NCBI GenBank assembly: GCA_965649765.1
Contig: OZ287751.1
Span: forward strand, 84,320,001 to 84,384,000
DNA length: 64,000 bases
Source of the DNA: Bispira polyomma
Taxonomy: Eukaryota
Direction: 5' to 3'
The translations under genes and the position numbers were made by a program. The notes beneath the pieces were generated by a model. The model was not told the DNA's origin and searched no databases. It was given only the letters and a program-made list of their open reading frames with translations. Each line of letters begins with the position of its first letter. The stretch's first letter is position 1. Positions 53,295 to 64,000 of this stretch are shown in pieces.

Positions 53295-55826
53295 TTAAAA
53301 ATCAGTATTTAATGTGAAATCGCCTTGGCTGACTTTCCACCACTTTTTCTGCACAACTTGCTCATGGACTCTGCTGTTTTTGTGCCCTGGAATAAACATG
53401 CGCGACAAGTAGTCAGCTTGTACATTTTTAATGCCAGCGATATGGACCACATCCAATTTTATGTTATTTCTAGCACTTTCTAACCAGATGGATCTTGCCA
53501 TAATACCAAAGCCTGTGTCATAGAATCTACTAGAATTTAACCCTGCAACAACAGCCCCATTGTCACACTACAGCTTTACTGTACAATTTTTGAAACATTT
53601 ATCCCACACACGTAATGCCACCAAAATATTCCACATCTAAAAATGGACAATTCCGAATGACTCAGGTTTGTGTTCTGGTAAAGCTGCGGCATAGACATTG
53701 TTCGCCCACATGGCCCCAATACCAACCAGTGAAGCCTCTACATATAGTTCCAACACTGGCTCTTTCTTGAGATGCATCTCAACCACCCCATTAAAATCAC
53801 CCAGAAATTCGTTAAACCATTTCAAATCAGCCTTAAACCCTCTAGTTAGTTTAATACTTTTACTAGGATAGGTTTCCCTGAGCAACTTTAGCATTCTATT
53901 TAGAAACAATCTAGCGTGAGCGACACAACGATGTATGTACAAAAGTTTTCCCAAAATTGATTGTAAGTCTCTTCTATTGCAGTTTTGCTTTGCTCGCCAT
54001 TGCTTACACATTTCCTTTATTTGGTTTAATTTCTCATCCGGTATTTTAAGGGTACCCTTCTTAGCATTGACTAGCATTCCCATGCATATGACCTCTTCTG
54101 CCGGGGGAAATACTTTCTTGGGATTTATCGGTAAACCAAGATGCTCTATCAATTTGTACAACTCCTCAAATGAGTTTTGGGCTCTACTACTTTCTTCTAC
54201 GGCAACTAGATCGTCGATGTAGTTCCAAATTTTGTAGTTTTTAGTCTTTATTAGCCTGCGCATACTATTGGTTACTCACTCACAAACCGCCATACCATGT
54301 TTGTATCCCATCAAGACTGCAAGGTCTATGTAGGTTTTTTCACGCCATTTCAGGCCTGTATATTTGTAATCACCCGGGTCGATTCTCAAATTTCAAAAGG
54401 CCCTCGAGAGGTCCAGCTTGTACAATTTTGCTGTAGGGCCAATTTTGTTAATTTGGTCAACCAACATGTCTATGGTGGGTAAAGTTAAAACAAAATCTTG
54501 TCCATCATATCTGCCCTCTGTTACCATGCTGTTAACTGACATAGCGTCATGCGGCCAAGATAGGTCCACTATAAGTCTTCTAGAATTGTCATCCTTAGGC
54601 CTAGTCATGACAGGGGAGTAGTGCAAAGACGTATATGGCTTTTCACTAAAAGAACCTGCTATCGTCTTATGTAACCTTTCCGTAATGAAGTACTGGTCAA
54701 TACTATCTGGGAACTTAACTGCATTGTCGTGGTTCTTGACATCATCATTAAATTTAAAGTGTTCATGCATCATGTCCAGAGGGAAGCCAAACTCTAAGTA
54801 CTTGGGAAGTAACCTATCTTCATCCCTCATTAATACCTGACACCACGTAACCATGTTGAGTTCAGAAGGGACAGGTGCCCGAGCACCCAAGTAATTAGGA
54901 CCCCCCCAGTCACCCACCACTTTGTGTGCCTCAAGAGCCCATTGCTCTAGCGAGTTAAAGTCAATTGGATTGGTATACGTGGGTGTACAACCCACCAAGT
55001 TAAATATACACTGAAAGCCAAAGTTGTTACTTGACTTGCCATGCACTCGGTCTATACAACTCTTACTAATTCCCTTAATTGGTTGACACTCCACTGCGAC
55101 TACAGAGCGGGGAGAAAGGGTTTTTTGAACACTGGTGTCACTCTGTGAACTAGCCTCTTCAAATGAGGCGATTAGGGGTTCGCCCTGACAATTGACTGAC
55201 TGACTTCGAGGGGGAGAAACCCTGTTTCCATTGTTCACTATGTTTGTTGTATCTGTCAACATCGCGCCCCATACCTCAGGAGGGGGGGAAATAACTGCCA
55301 CCCTTCTACATTTGACATGACTCGCTAACTTGTCCTTGTTAGGACACTCGTTGAACTGTTTTTGTTTACTACTACTGTTAACTTGTTTACCACTTTCTTT
55401 TTGTAAACTTTGTTTGTTAGAGTTTTGCAAAGGACTAATTGGTTTGTTAGTATACTTTGGCGGGAATCCGCCTATACAATTTCTGGCCATTTTCCCGCTC
55501 TTTTGCAAGGGTGGGAAGCCCACTTCATATGTGCACTTTTTAACATCACCACTTCTACTATTTAATACACACTTTTCGCTTGCCCTCTGGACAAACTGTT
55601 TACCATTTCCACTACACATATTATACTTTGAAATCATTTTTGCATTTTTATTTACATTTAAAACACTTTTTTCACCCTTCTTATGACCCACTTGGTCATA
55701 GAGCAAGGTACTACAACTATCATGACTTTTACAGTTTCTGCTCTCATGTGTGCTATAACTTTTCGCCCCAGGTTCCCTAACTTCACACATTTTTGAGCCC
55801 CTACCAAAGCCACTGTTCCAAAACAC
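53295..55826 (-). pseudogene. RT / RNase H of the Ngaro-like element, few disruptions
   Basis: RRLIVDLSWP, YKLDLSRAF, NYIDDL, LQSILGKL, EAS..GIGA and HIAGIKNVQADYLSR. Confidence 0.93.
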
Positions 55827-55844
55827 TCTAGTTTTTACTGGCTG

Positions 55845-56906
55845 TCAGTTTTGATTAGTCCTACTGAAATCCCGTGTTTGAGCAGTAGTTTTTCCACAAT
55901 CTTTCTCCCTATGTAATTGGATTTTCTTATTTTGGTTAAAACATTTCGAACAGGCATGTTTTATTATCATGGAGCCAAAGATGTGATCATCTGACTGGCT
56001 ACATGTCCCTTTGTTGTATGCACTACACATGAGCACAGAATTTTTGGGTTTCCCTTTTTGTGCATAACTGCTACCCTGGGCTGAGTCATTAACAGAAGTG
56101 TCTTTAAGAGTACGTTGTGTTAAACGGGCTCTGAGGTCGTGTATTTGAGAAAAGTTGCTCCAACTAGCTTTTCCCTTTTCAATTTCTAGCAAAATTTGGC
56201 AATGCTCGCTTTTGACTGTAAACCACGAGGTTTCTAGACCGTCCCTCATTAATTGCATTCCATATTGCAACATATTATCTCGCACTTTTGCATCCTTTTC
56301 CTCAAAAACACAACCCAAGTAACCCTGGAAAAACATTAAAGGGGTGAGGTCTTGATAAGATGGTTGCTTTTTACCTGTTGCATTGAAGCAAAGCTCACGG
56401 GGCCAATTAATTATTTGTTTCACTGAATGTTCATTAGTACGTTGAAGCCCTGATTTAAGTTTCTTACCGCTATCAGGTGACGTGTAGTACTGGGATCTGT
56501 TCCTCTGTAAACGCTTATCCACTTGTGCCTGGATCATCTCATTTGACTTCAGAAATCTCTGACTGGGCAGAATCACTTCATCTGTATCCAGATCGTCGTA
56601 GTTCGTCACATACTCTGGATCAAAGGCGAGGTCACCTTTTTTACCCTGTCTTGTCTCAGATTGAGACACGTACAGTTCATCAGATTGAGCCCGGTAACCT
56701 TGCTGTGCTAGAGAACTATGTGAGGACACATCCTGTGCTAACATTTTAGTCCGTTTTAAAGTCCCCTGCTCTTTTTTAACCTCACTCATGTCATTCTCCA
56801 GCTGATTTAATTTATCCAGAATAATGTTCAGTTTGTCTCCCACTAGTACCGGCTCCCCGGCTGGGGTGTCTGTCCTGCTACTCTGCTTCTCCGTTATACT
56901 GGTCAC
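55845..56906 (-). CDS. gag-like ORF1 of the Ngaro-like element with a C-terminal Cys/His finger (true start probably near 57050)
   Basis: 353-aa open frame upstream of pol with a coiled-coil N-terminal part and CSAYNKGTC....H.......HACSKC.......H....C. Confidence 0.8.
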   Translation of the reverse strand: MTSITEKQSSRTDTPAGEPVLVGDKLNIILDKLNQLENDMSEVKKEQGTLKRTKMLAQDVSSHSSLAQQGYRAQSDELYVSQSETRQGKKGDLAFDPEYVTNYDDLDTDEVILPSQRFLKSNEMIQAQVDKRLQRNRSQYYTSPDSGKKLKSGLQRTNEHSVKQIINWPRELCFNATGKKQPSYQDLTPLMFFQGYLGCVFEEKDAKVRDNMLQYGMQLMRDGLETSWFTVKSEHCQILLEIEKGKASWSNFSQIHDLRARLTQRTLKDTSVNDSAQGSSYAQKGKPKNSVLMCSAYNKGTCSQSDDHIFGSMIIKHACSKCFNQNKKIQLHREKDCGKTTAQTRDFSRTNQN

Positions 56907-57667
56907 TTCTCATGTAGCTCGCTGCGCTTGACGTCGGCCCCTAGTGGCTGGAGTGCTGGCAACAGTAATATCCAGTTTACACTGTCTCCCCACAGGTCGT
57001 GAATGAACTATGTTGCATCGTTTGCAGTATCCCGTTTTTGCTGCCATTATGTATATCTATAATTGTCAATAATTGTCTATGAATCTGTAGAAATATAAGA
57101 ATGGATTCTGCAACTTATGCTTGCAAGTGAGAGGAACGTATTTACGAATTTTGTGGATTTCAAAATTCACAATATAGTGAAGAAAGAAACACGCGTGGAT
57201 ATAATTAGTATACGTCCCCTCGCAATCAGGCTAGCAAGCCATTATAAGCATAAATAGCAGATTCCAAGAAACAGCTCTCTCTCCAGTAACACTTTAATGA
57301 CACAGGAGACCCTGAAACATGAGGTTTTATACTCCCATTTCGTACCGCAGAGCACAAACCATTTTGGGCGATCACATAATTATAGGTTAAGGGGTGAAAG
57401 GGTTACATGATCTTTAAGGTGTGGCTGCTCTGACTGACACGAAGTGCTGCACAGCTTCTACACAACGTTTCTCTTGTTGTCACCTGAGATATCATAATTT
57501 TACCTCTTTCCAAATCCTATGTGTTTAAATGTTTCGCCAAGTTTTGGGTTTAAATTAGTGTAAATATCAAATTGTCTTCCATTTTAAAGTATATTGTTTT
57601 CTGCATACATCAATGTTTGTAAATAACTTTATTCCATTATATTCATTTAGTTCTTTATTATGTTTTG

Positions 57668-57911
57668 GAGGGGTTGCGCTGGCATGAGGATTAGCAAGAT
57701 TTGCCCTTCACAATAACTAGTCTCTCACCTCTGGGATTGGCTGGCGTGGGTTCGACTCCTGTCGATGCCTATGTGGGAAAGGTGGTAGTTCCTTACTGTG
57801 GGCCGCTGGTTTCAATGCAGAACCAACTGTATGCAGTGTTTCCTCCAGCGTTTCCAACTACCCAATATAACGTAAACTAGAGTGGACGTTAAATATCCCA
57901 ATTCAAATAAA
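57668..57911 (+). mobile_element. tRNA-derived SINE
   Basis: A-box-like TGGCATGAGGATTAG, B box GGGTTCGACTCC, central GGTTTC..TTTCCTCCA and tail GACGTTAAATATCCCAATTCAAATAAA. Confidence 0.8.
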
Positions 57912-58226
57912 TTGGTCAGTGTTCATTTGTATGTTGGTGGCGGCTACCAGTGGTCGTTCACATTAAAAATAATATGTCATGATACCTCTTTTGGCAACTT
58001 TTGGTATTTCACTCACACTTAATTACCTATACATTGTCTACACATTATACAATGAAGCATCTAACCGGTTATTCATTTTCATTAACACAAAGTTAATTAT
58101 TATTATTATTACCTCTTGTGTTTCACTTGACATGTGCTTTAGTATTATTGATTCAAAGTGGTTAATTAATGCAACCTTGACATTTAAGGCAAATGACCTG
58201 GAGCTGTGTTCACAAACCTGTAAATC

Positions 58227-58310
58227 TATCTAATCTAATCTAACTTTTAAAGCACTTATATCTTTGCTAGCAGATTCTAAGGCGTATGAGACAGAAAATC
58301 ATTTTGACAA
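58227..58310 (-). mobile_element. 3' stub of the (TTAGA)n L2 family
   Basis: TCTAATCTAATCTAACTTTT..AGC.CTT..GATTCTAAGGCG matches 34764-34830. Confidence 0.8.
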
Positions 58311-58793
58311 TTTCATATAGCCATTGGACGTACAGGGTCATATATTCCTAGTTAATTGCCAGTGTGTCCTTCTGCAACATACCTTCTACACAAACTATCA
58401 CCTATCTCCTCCACAAGTAACTTTCGTTGTTATTTCCTTGTTAATGTTAAGTAACCTCAGTTGACAGTACATACTATCTAAAAACATCACTGTAAGAAAG
58501 TGGCATCTATATCGCAATATCTTATTTTGCCCACGTCCTCCACTCTACAGAGTAAGGTCATACTACCAGGGCTAGAGGTTTAAGTTTACCAGTTAAGTTA
58601 AATATATTAGAGTGTCACCTATAAGGGAGGGGTTGGTGAAAGTTAGGTATTTAGAGTACTCTGGTTATTCACCTGGGTAGGGGCTCGGTTGGCAGTTGGT
58701 AAGTTGTATTTGCCAGTAGAGTCTGGGTTGTCATAGAGTACCAATACCGGTGGGCATGGGCTTGCCGGATTAATTTAAAAGACCTAACTTACA

Positions 58794-58803
58794 TGGTGGC
58801 AGC
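58794..58803 (+). promoter_or_regulatory. Primer-binding site (tRNA-Leu-like)
   Basis: TGGTGGCAGC directly after the LTR end ...TTACA. Confidence 0.7.
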
Positions 58804-58880
58804 ATAAGGTAAATCGTTTTTATGTAAAATATGGTCCCCTTATCCATCTCCTCTCGACCAGCGTGAGCCAGGCAGCCTTT

Positions 58881-59270
58881 GGGAGCGTCTAAACAAGTTT
58901 ATATTCTACACTTTTTGAAATTGTTATGCCATTTATTGAAACATCATATTTTATCATTTGAAACATAATTTAAGAGCATAGAATGAAAAGATATGCTGAA
59001 ATTGGGTCCACTTGTCTGCAACCTCTTTTTATTGGTATAAATTCAGATAAAAAACTACACTGAACAACAGCAGCCTTGATAATTTTATTGAAAACATGTA
59101 TCCATTTGATAAAATTTTGACTAAAGCCACATATTTGCAAGGTATGGTAGAGAAATTCCCATAATACAGAATCAAAGGAAACCAATGAGTATTAGTTGGC
59201 CAGAAATATTCTCTGTTTTTATTATATGGATTATGTCGTATATTAGACGTGTATTTTCTTTTTATAAATC
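58881..59270 (-). mobile_element. Tx1/L1-group LINE fragment, RT 5' part
   Basis: SFDSVLW, GFSQNFIKWI, GCRQVDPISAYLFILC and EYKL, leading into the QFADD at 48855. Confidence 0.85.
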
Positions 59271-59481
59271 CTGGAAATAATTATGATGTGATGTTTTACA
59301 TATATCCTTCTGCTCATACTACTACTCATTGGCTAATAACATACACCTTATCCTTTACTTCCTTCCATTTTAACAGTCCCACGTTCCATTGGTGTCATCT
59401 TAATCTGTATCACAAACTTGGTTGAAAGACGGTTACTATATAAAAATTTTACTTTAATAATAATTTGTTTCCACTCTATAG

Positions 59482-60024
59482 ATAAAGATTGACAACCTGG
59501 CAATACACAGTTGTGGGCCCTTAGCATTGGATGTAGAACAAATGACCAAAGACAACATCATTCTGTACAACAGGCTTCCAAAATGTGGCAGTAAAACGCA
59601 AATCTCTTTGATAAAAAAACTAAGAAACAGAAATAGCTTTCACTACATGCATTCTGCAATCTACGGAGAGAGGTACATAAGTGTAAAAGAACAGAGTAAA
59701 TTAGCAAACAAAGTGATGGCATTAAAAACTCTGCTTGTCTACGGCAGACATATTGCACTCTTAAATTTTACTCGGTTTGGTTATGACATGCCTATATATT
59801 AACCTTGTCAGGGATCTGGTGGACAAATTTGTGTCAAAGTTTTACTATAATAGAAACATCCATAACAAAAAGAGCCTGCAATACTGGGACCATCAACTCA
59901 CTGTCAATCAGTGCATAGAACAGAATTTCACTTAATGTATAGTACTCAACACACAGACAGAGACATTCATTTTGATCCCTTTCTTTTGCAGCCATGAGGA
60001 TTATTGCAGGGTTCTCTCGCTTAA
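59482..60024 (+). pseudogene. Uronyl/heparan-sulfate 2-O-sulfotransferase-like (Sulfotransfer_2 family) pseudogene
   Basis: 5'-PSB motif ILYNRLPKCGS and RHI.LLNF..FG...PIY; frameshift at about 59800; NLVRD..DKFVS.FYY; an in-frame stop near 59934; IPFFC.H...C; then cut by the Harbinger insertion. Confidence 0.85.
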
Positions 60025-60599
60025 TGCCGTGGTCACACTGAGCTTACGCTTCGCTTACACTTTGCTTATGCAAAAAAATGGCAAACGTAGCCACTGCGTA
60101 AGCATTTGCACACCAAACGTAAAAAACATATGCTAACGTATGCTTGTGTAAGACCAAAATGGACAAAAAATTGGAAAATTTGAAAAGCGTCTTTTTTTTG
60201 GACTGCTCGAAATTTCTTACGTTTTTGAAATTTTGACCATTTGCGTAATGAACAGTTTTAAAACGTAATTAAAACGAAATTGAAGCGCATTTTGCAGAAT
60301 TGAACGTGATCAAAGCGGCCCTAAACGTGTTAGACCTATGTGTGATTTACAAGACGTTCCATTTGGTATGAGTCGTTTATTACACATTGTACCCATTTTT
60401 ATAGCCGTTTCTGGTCAAAAATCAATATTTTCGTTTGACCTGTATTGCTTAGGTACAGTACGCACACCCCGTTTGTTATTTCATTTAACCGGCATGCTAT
60501 TTCGTTCAACCCGTTTACCAAGCCGTTTACATATTTTCATTACGTCCAATACGCTTCCATTTCGTTCACCACGCTCTTACTTCGTTTGATTTGCTTGTG

Positions 60600-63366
60600 T
60601 CGTCACAATTTCTTCAAGAAACTTGCTAAAAAGAGGAGCCAGCTTTTCAAATTGACCCACACACAAGAGGATTTGTTGGATTGGTTGAAGGAAACCCCAG
60701 AGTTGTGGTCACATGCAGCTGCGTATGTACGTGCATATCCAGCAGCCAGAAAAGATGGCAATGTGGTCGCAAAAACCAGTCAAATATGGCAAGACTGGTG
60801 AATTTATAATATTTTACCTTGATTTACCTGTAATTATAATGTATTTTACAACCTCGGTTAACTGTTCAATTTGAGGGAGTAAATTATTGTTTGGATAATT
60901 AGATTTACATGGGTATAATGTGTGGGAGATTATCCGGTTATTATATGTAATTTTATATGCCATTGTTCCCCATTTTAATTAATGTAGCCCCTCTATTATC
61001 CGGCCATAGTGAGGGAGTAGGCTCTTGTTTGGATAATTGGATTGAAGTGGGGAGAAGTGTTGGATATTATCTTGCTATTATATCTCATTTTATATGTCAT
61101 TTCAAATGGCATTGTTCCCCCATTTTAATTAATGTAGCCCCTCTATCAGCTGGCCATAGTGAGGGAGTAGGCTCTTGTTTGGATAAATAGATTGATGTGG
61201 GGAAAAGTGTTGGATAATATCTTGCTATTATATCTCATTTTATATGTCATTCCAAATGGCATTGTTTTCTTATTTGAATTAATGTAATCCCTCTATTATC
61301 TGGCCATAGTGAGGGAGTAGGCTCTAGTTTGAATAATTAGATCGATGTGGGGAAAAGTTTTTGCAGATTATCTAGATATGATATATCATTTCAAATGTTA
61401 TTGGTCCCCCATTTTAATTGATGAATATTATGGCCCTCTATTATCCGAACATAGTGAGGGAGTGGGGTCGTGTTTGGATAATTAGATTAATGTGTTGTGG
61501 AAATGTGTTTGTATATTATCTGGATATTATGAAATATTCTTCCCCCATTTTAATTAATGAATGTTGGCCCTCTATTATCTGAACATGTGGGGAAAAGTGT
61601 TGGATAATATCTTGCTATTATATCTCATTTTATATGTCATTCCAAATGGCATTGTTTTCTTATTTGAATTAATGTAATCCCTCTATTATCTGGCCATAGT
61701 GAGGGAGTAGGCTCTAGTTTGAATAATTAGATCGATGTGGGGAAAAGTTTTTGCAGATTATCTAGATATGATATATCATTTCAAATGTTATTGGTCCCCC
61801 ATTTTAATTGATGAATATTATGGCCCTCTATTATCCGAACATAGTGAGGGAGTGGGGTCGTGTTTGGATAATTAGATTAATGTGTTGTGGAAATGTGTTT
61901 GTATATTATCTGGATATTATGAAATATTCTTCCCCCATTTTAATTAATGAATGTTGGCCCTCTATTATCTGAACATAGTGCAGGAGTGGGGTCTTGTTTG
62001 GATAATTAGGTTGATGTGTTGTAGAAATGTGTTTGCAGATTATCTGGATATTATGAAATATTCTTCCCCCATTTTAATGAATGAATGTTGGCCCTCTATT
62101 ATCCAAACATAGTGAGGGAGTGGGGTCTTGTTTGGATAATTAGGTTGATGTGTTAGGATAATGTGTTTGCAAATTATGTGGATATTATGGCATGTTCCAT
62201 TGCATCCTTTTATCTACAGGGGAACAATTGCTGCAGTGGTGGACAAATCTTCGCAACATCTATGGCCGCAACACAGACATTCCCGCCTCTGGATCTGCGC
62301 CTGCAAAACACACGATGAGGGTGAATTGGGTTCTGGGAAAGTGTGTCTTCCTGAGTGGCAACATCGTGCGGATGAACACTCTCTTGAAGTACGACCGGAC
62401 CAAGTTATGGGTCAGTCCATCATTCACTGAGCAATCCATTGAGCAATCCACTGAGCAATCAAATGATCCATGCAGTCAAACAGGATCCTTGAATGATGGG
62501 CAAGGGCAGGATGAACGCACCCAGATTCGCAGCTGTCAAGGTCTAGTTCGCAAACACCCAAAGGATCAGGTGCTCGCAGCTCTATGAGTGACTCAATCAG
62601 TGGTAAGCTATTGCAACAGCTGAATGACACTACACACCTGCAGCTACAGATGAGTGACTACTTCAAAGAGGTCAGGAGCAGGCAAACCGGTCGTCGTCTG
62701 CAATTTTTAAACATGTTATGTACAGATGCTGAAGCCATCGAGTATTGCTACTGGTTAGAATGCATGTTGGCTGTGGTTGATATGTACCTGCTGAGGTCCC
62801 CTCGGACACCCAAATTTCCACGACCGTTGGCCAGTGTAACCTTGTCTAGCATTTCAAAGGCCAGCGGAATTGTCAAAGTGAACGAGTGTTTTTCAGAGCC
62901 AGCCTCACCAGGATGGCTTTCGATGGAGATGTCACCCGTGGACATGTCTATGTTATGTAACGCTTCTACCTCTACCTCAGCTTCAGGTTCAGGCATGTTA
63001 AAGGACAATTCTTTGTTGGACACCCCTGCTCGACCTGATGTTGTGTCTACTTTCTGCACTACTGATGTTGTGTCTACTTTCGGCAATACTGGTGGTGTGC
63101 CTGGTGTGTCTACTTTTGGCAATATTGGTGGTGTGCCTCGAGTGTCTGCTTTCTCCAATGCTGTAGGTCTGCCACGTGTGTCTCCTGTCTCCAATAATGG
63201 TCGTGTCTCTGCTTTCTTCAATGCTGGTAGTGTGCCTTCTGTGTCTCCAATTATGGTCGTGTTTCTGCTTTCTCCAATGCTGGTGGCGTGCCTTCTGTGT
63301 CTCCTGTCTCCAATGATGGTCGTGTCTCTGCTTTCTCCAATGCTGATGTTGGGCAAGTGTTCCTAA
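60600..63366 (+). pseudogene. Myb/SANT (MADF) protein of Harbinger A, 2 exons, disrupted
   Basis: Exon 1 LTHTQEDLLDWLKETPELW (donor near 60798); exon 2 from 62220 EQLLQWWTNLRNIYGR..SGSAPAK.T.R..WVL..C.FL; Ser/Pro-rich repetitive tail. Confidence 0.82.
60880..62200 (+). repeat. Intronic tandem array, about 128-bp unit, about 10 copies
   Basis: CCCTCTATTATCYGRMCATAGTGAGGGAGT..TTGTTTGGATAATTAG recurs about every 128 bp; includes an exact 390-bp higher-order duplication. Confidence 0.93.
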
Positions 63367-63589
63367 ATACTGAACAGCAACATTCTAACCTTGCTCAAGG
63401 TAATCAACAGTCGAGTAGCTAACCAGGTGGGAGATGTACTAGCAACAGCAGATGACCCTGGCATCATCTCCATTGAAAAGTTGCCAAATTTAGTGGTTTG
63501 TCATTACTTTCTAGTTTTAATGATATTGTTATATGATTTTTGGGTCCTAATTATTGGTTTATATTTATAACAATAATGTTGTAGTCTTT

Positions 63590-63810
63590 GTGTGACCCAA
63601 TTCTAATCAAAGGGTGGTATCACCATTGGGTTTGAAATGCTTTTTGGCATTTTCAAAGTTGGTCATGAGCTTTAACCATCCTTGTGGTTCTTGTTCTCTG
63701 GAAGTGTCTATGCATTCACATCCAAGTTGTTGTTTAATAAGTAATGACATGAAGTTGTCATCCACTGTATTTCCACCCCTTTCGTGGACTACAGTATTAA
63801 CAGATATTGA
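63590..63810 (-). pseudogene. HSPA12 (atypical Hsp70)-like gene fragment
   Basis: Minus strand ISVNTVVHERGGNTVDDNFMSLLIKQQLGCECIDTSREQEPQGWLKLMTNFENAKKHFKP resembles the HSPA12 pattern DITVHE...GG..VD..F..LL..IFG..FI..F....P..W..LM..FE..K. Not in the ORF track because it has no start codon. Confidence 0.62.
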
Positions 63811-64000
63811 AATATGTCATCGTTCTAATTAGATTGTTATATGGTTTAATAGTTATAATTATTATTTTATGGTTGTATTAAAAACTTTTGTGTTTTTAAT
63901 ATTGTTGAGTCTGTGGCCAAAGTTAGTGACCTTTCATAAGTTGAACCTGTAAAGCAGTAACGTTATTGCTGAATAATATAATTGAATGACATTGTTGAAT

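Larger units (their letters stand above)
51660..57480 (-). mobile_element. Tyrosine-recombinase retrotransposon (DIRS order, Ngaro-like), near full length
   Basis: gag, RT/RNase H and YR in that order, with no methyltransferase domain seen. Terminal repeats were not resolved, so the ends are approximate. Confidence 0.9.
48853..58793 (+). mobile_element. Long LTR (TGTAA...TTACA) interrupted by four younger insertions; internal region deleted
   Basis: Begins TGTAAC exactly where the LINE RT breaks and ends CTTACA at 58793, followed directly by the PBS TGGTGGCAGC. The LINE resumes at about 58881. Confidence 0.65.
60025..64000 (+). mobile_element. PIF/Harbinger DNA transposon, family A, left part (appears to run off the window)
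   Basis: TAA target at 60022-60024, terminus TGCCGTGGTCACACTGA and a MADF gene on the + strand. Confidence 0.85.

Noticed and set aside
57668-57770. Functional tRNA gene
   Set aside because: A and B boxes are present, but no proper cloverleaf forms and the sequence continues into a SINE body and tail.
62748-63356. 202-aa minus-strand ORF
   Set aside because: Antisense to the repetitive MADF tail; the repeats explain the absence of stops.

Overview
AT-rich animal genomic DNA, probably a lophotrochozoan or other aquatic invertebrate (inferred from the gene and transposon families). Most of the window is nested, decayed transposable elements. The only intact host genes I can reconstruct are a tandem pair of 7-exon, + strand secreted S1 serine proteases (11956-17973 and 20537-30965). 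Each has a signal peptide, a small acidic six-cysteine module with beta-defensin/clip-like spacing, a Thr/Pro linker, a Tyr|IVGG activation site and an intact His/Asp/Ser triad with a non-trypsin pocket. The pair is strongly diverged at the 5' end, nearly identical downstream, and differs at a few clustered loop positions. Around them are three PIF/Harbinger elements (one followed by an HSPA12-like fragment that may be cargo) and an Academ-like transposon split by a Gypsy element. There are also L2-type and Tx1/L1-type LINEs, two tyrosine-recombinase (DIRS/Ngaro-like) retroelements, a long interrupted LTR, a Helentron-type satellite carrier and a tRNA-derived SINE. A 2-O-sulfotransferase-like pseudogene is cut by a Harbinger insertion. 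All family assignments come from motif recognition by eye; no database searches were run.
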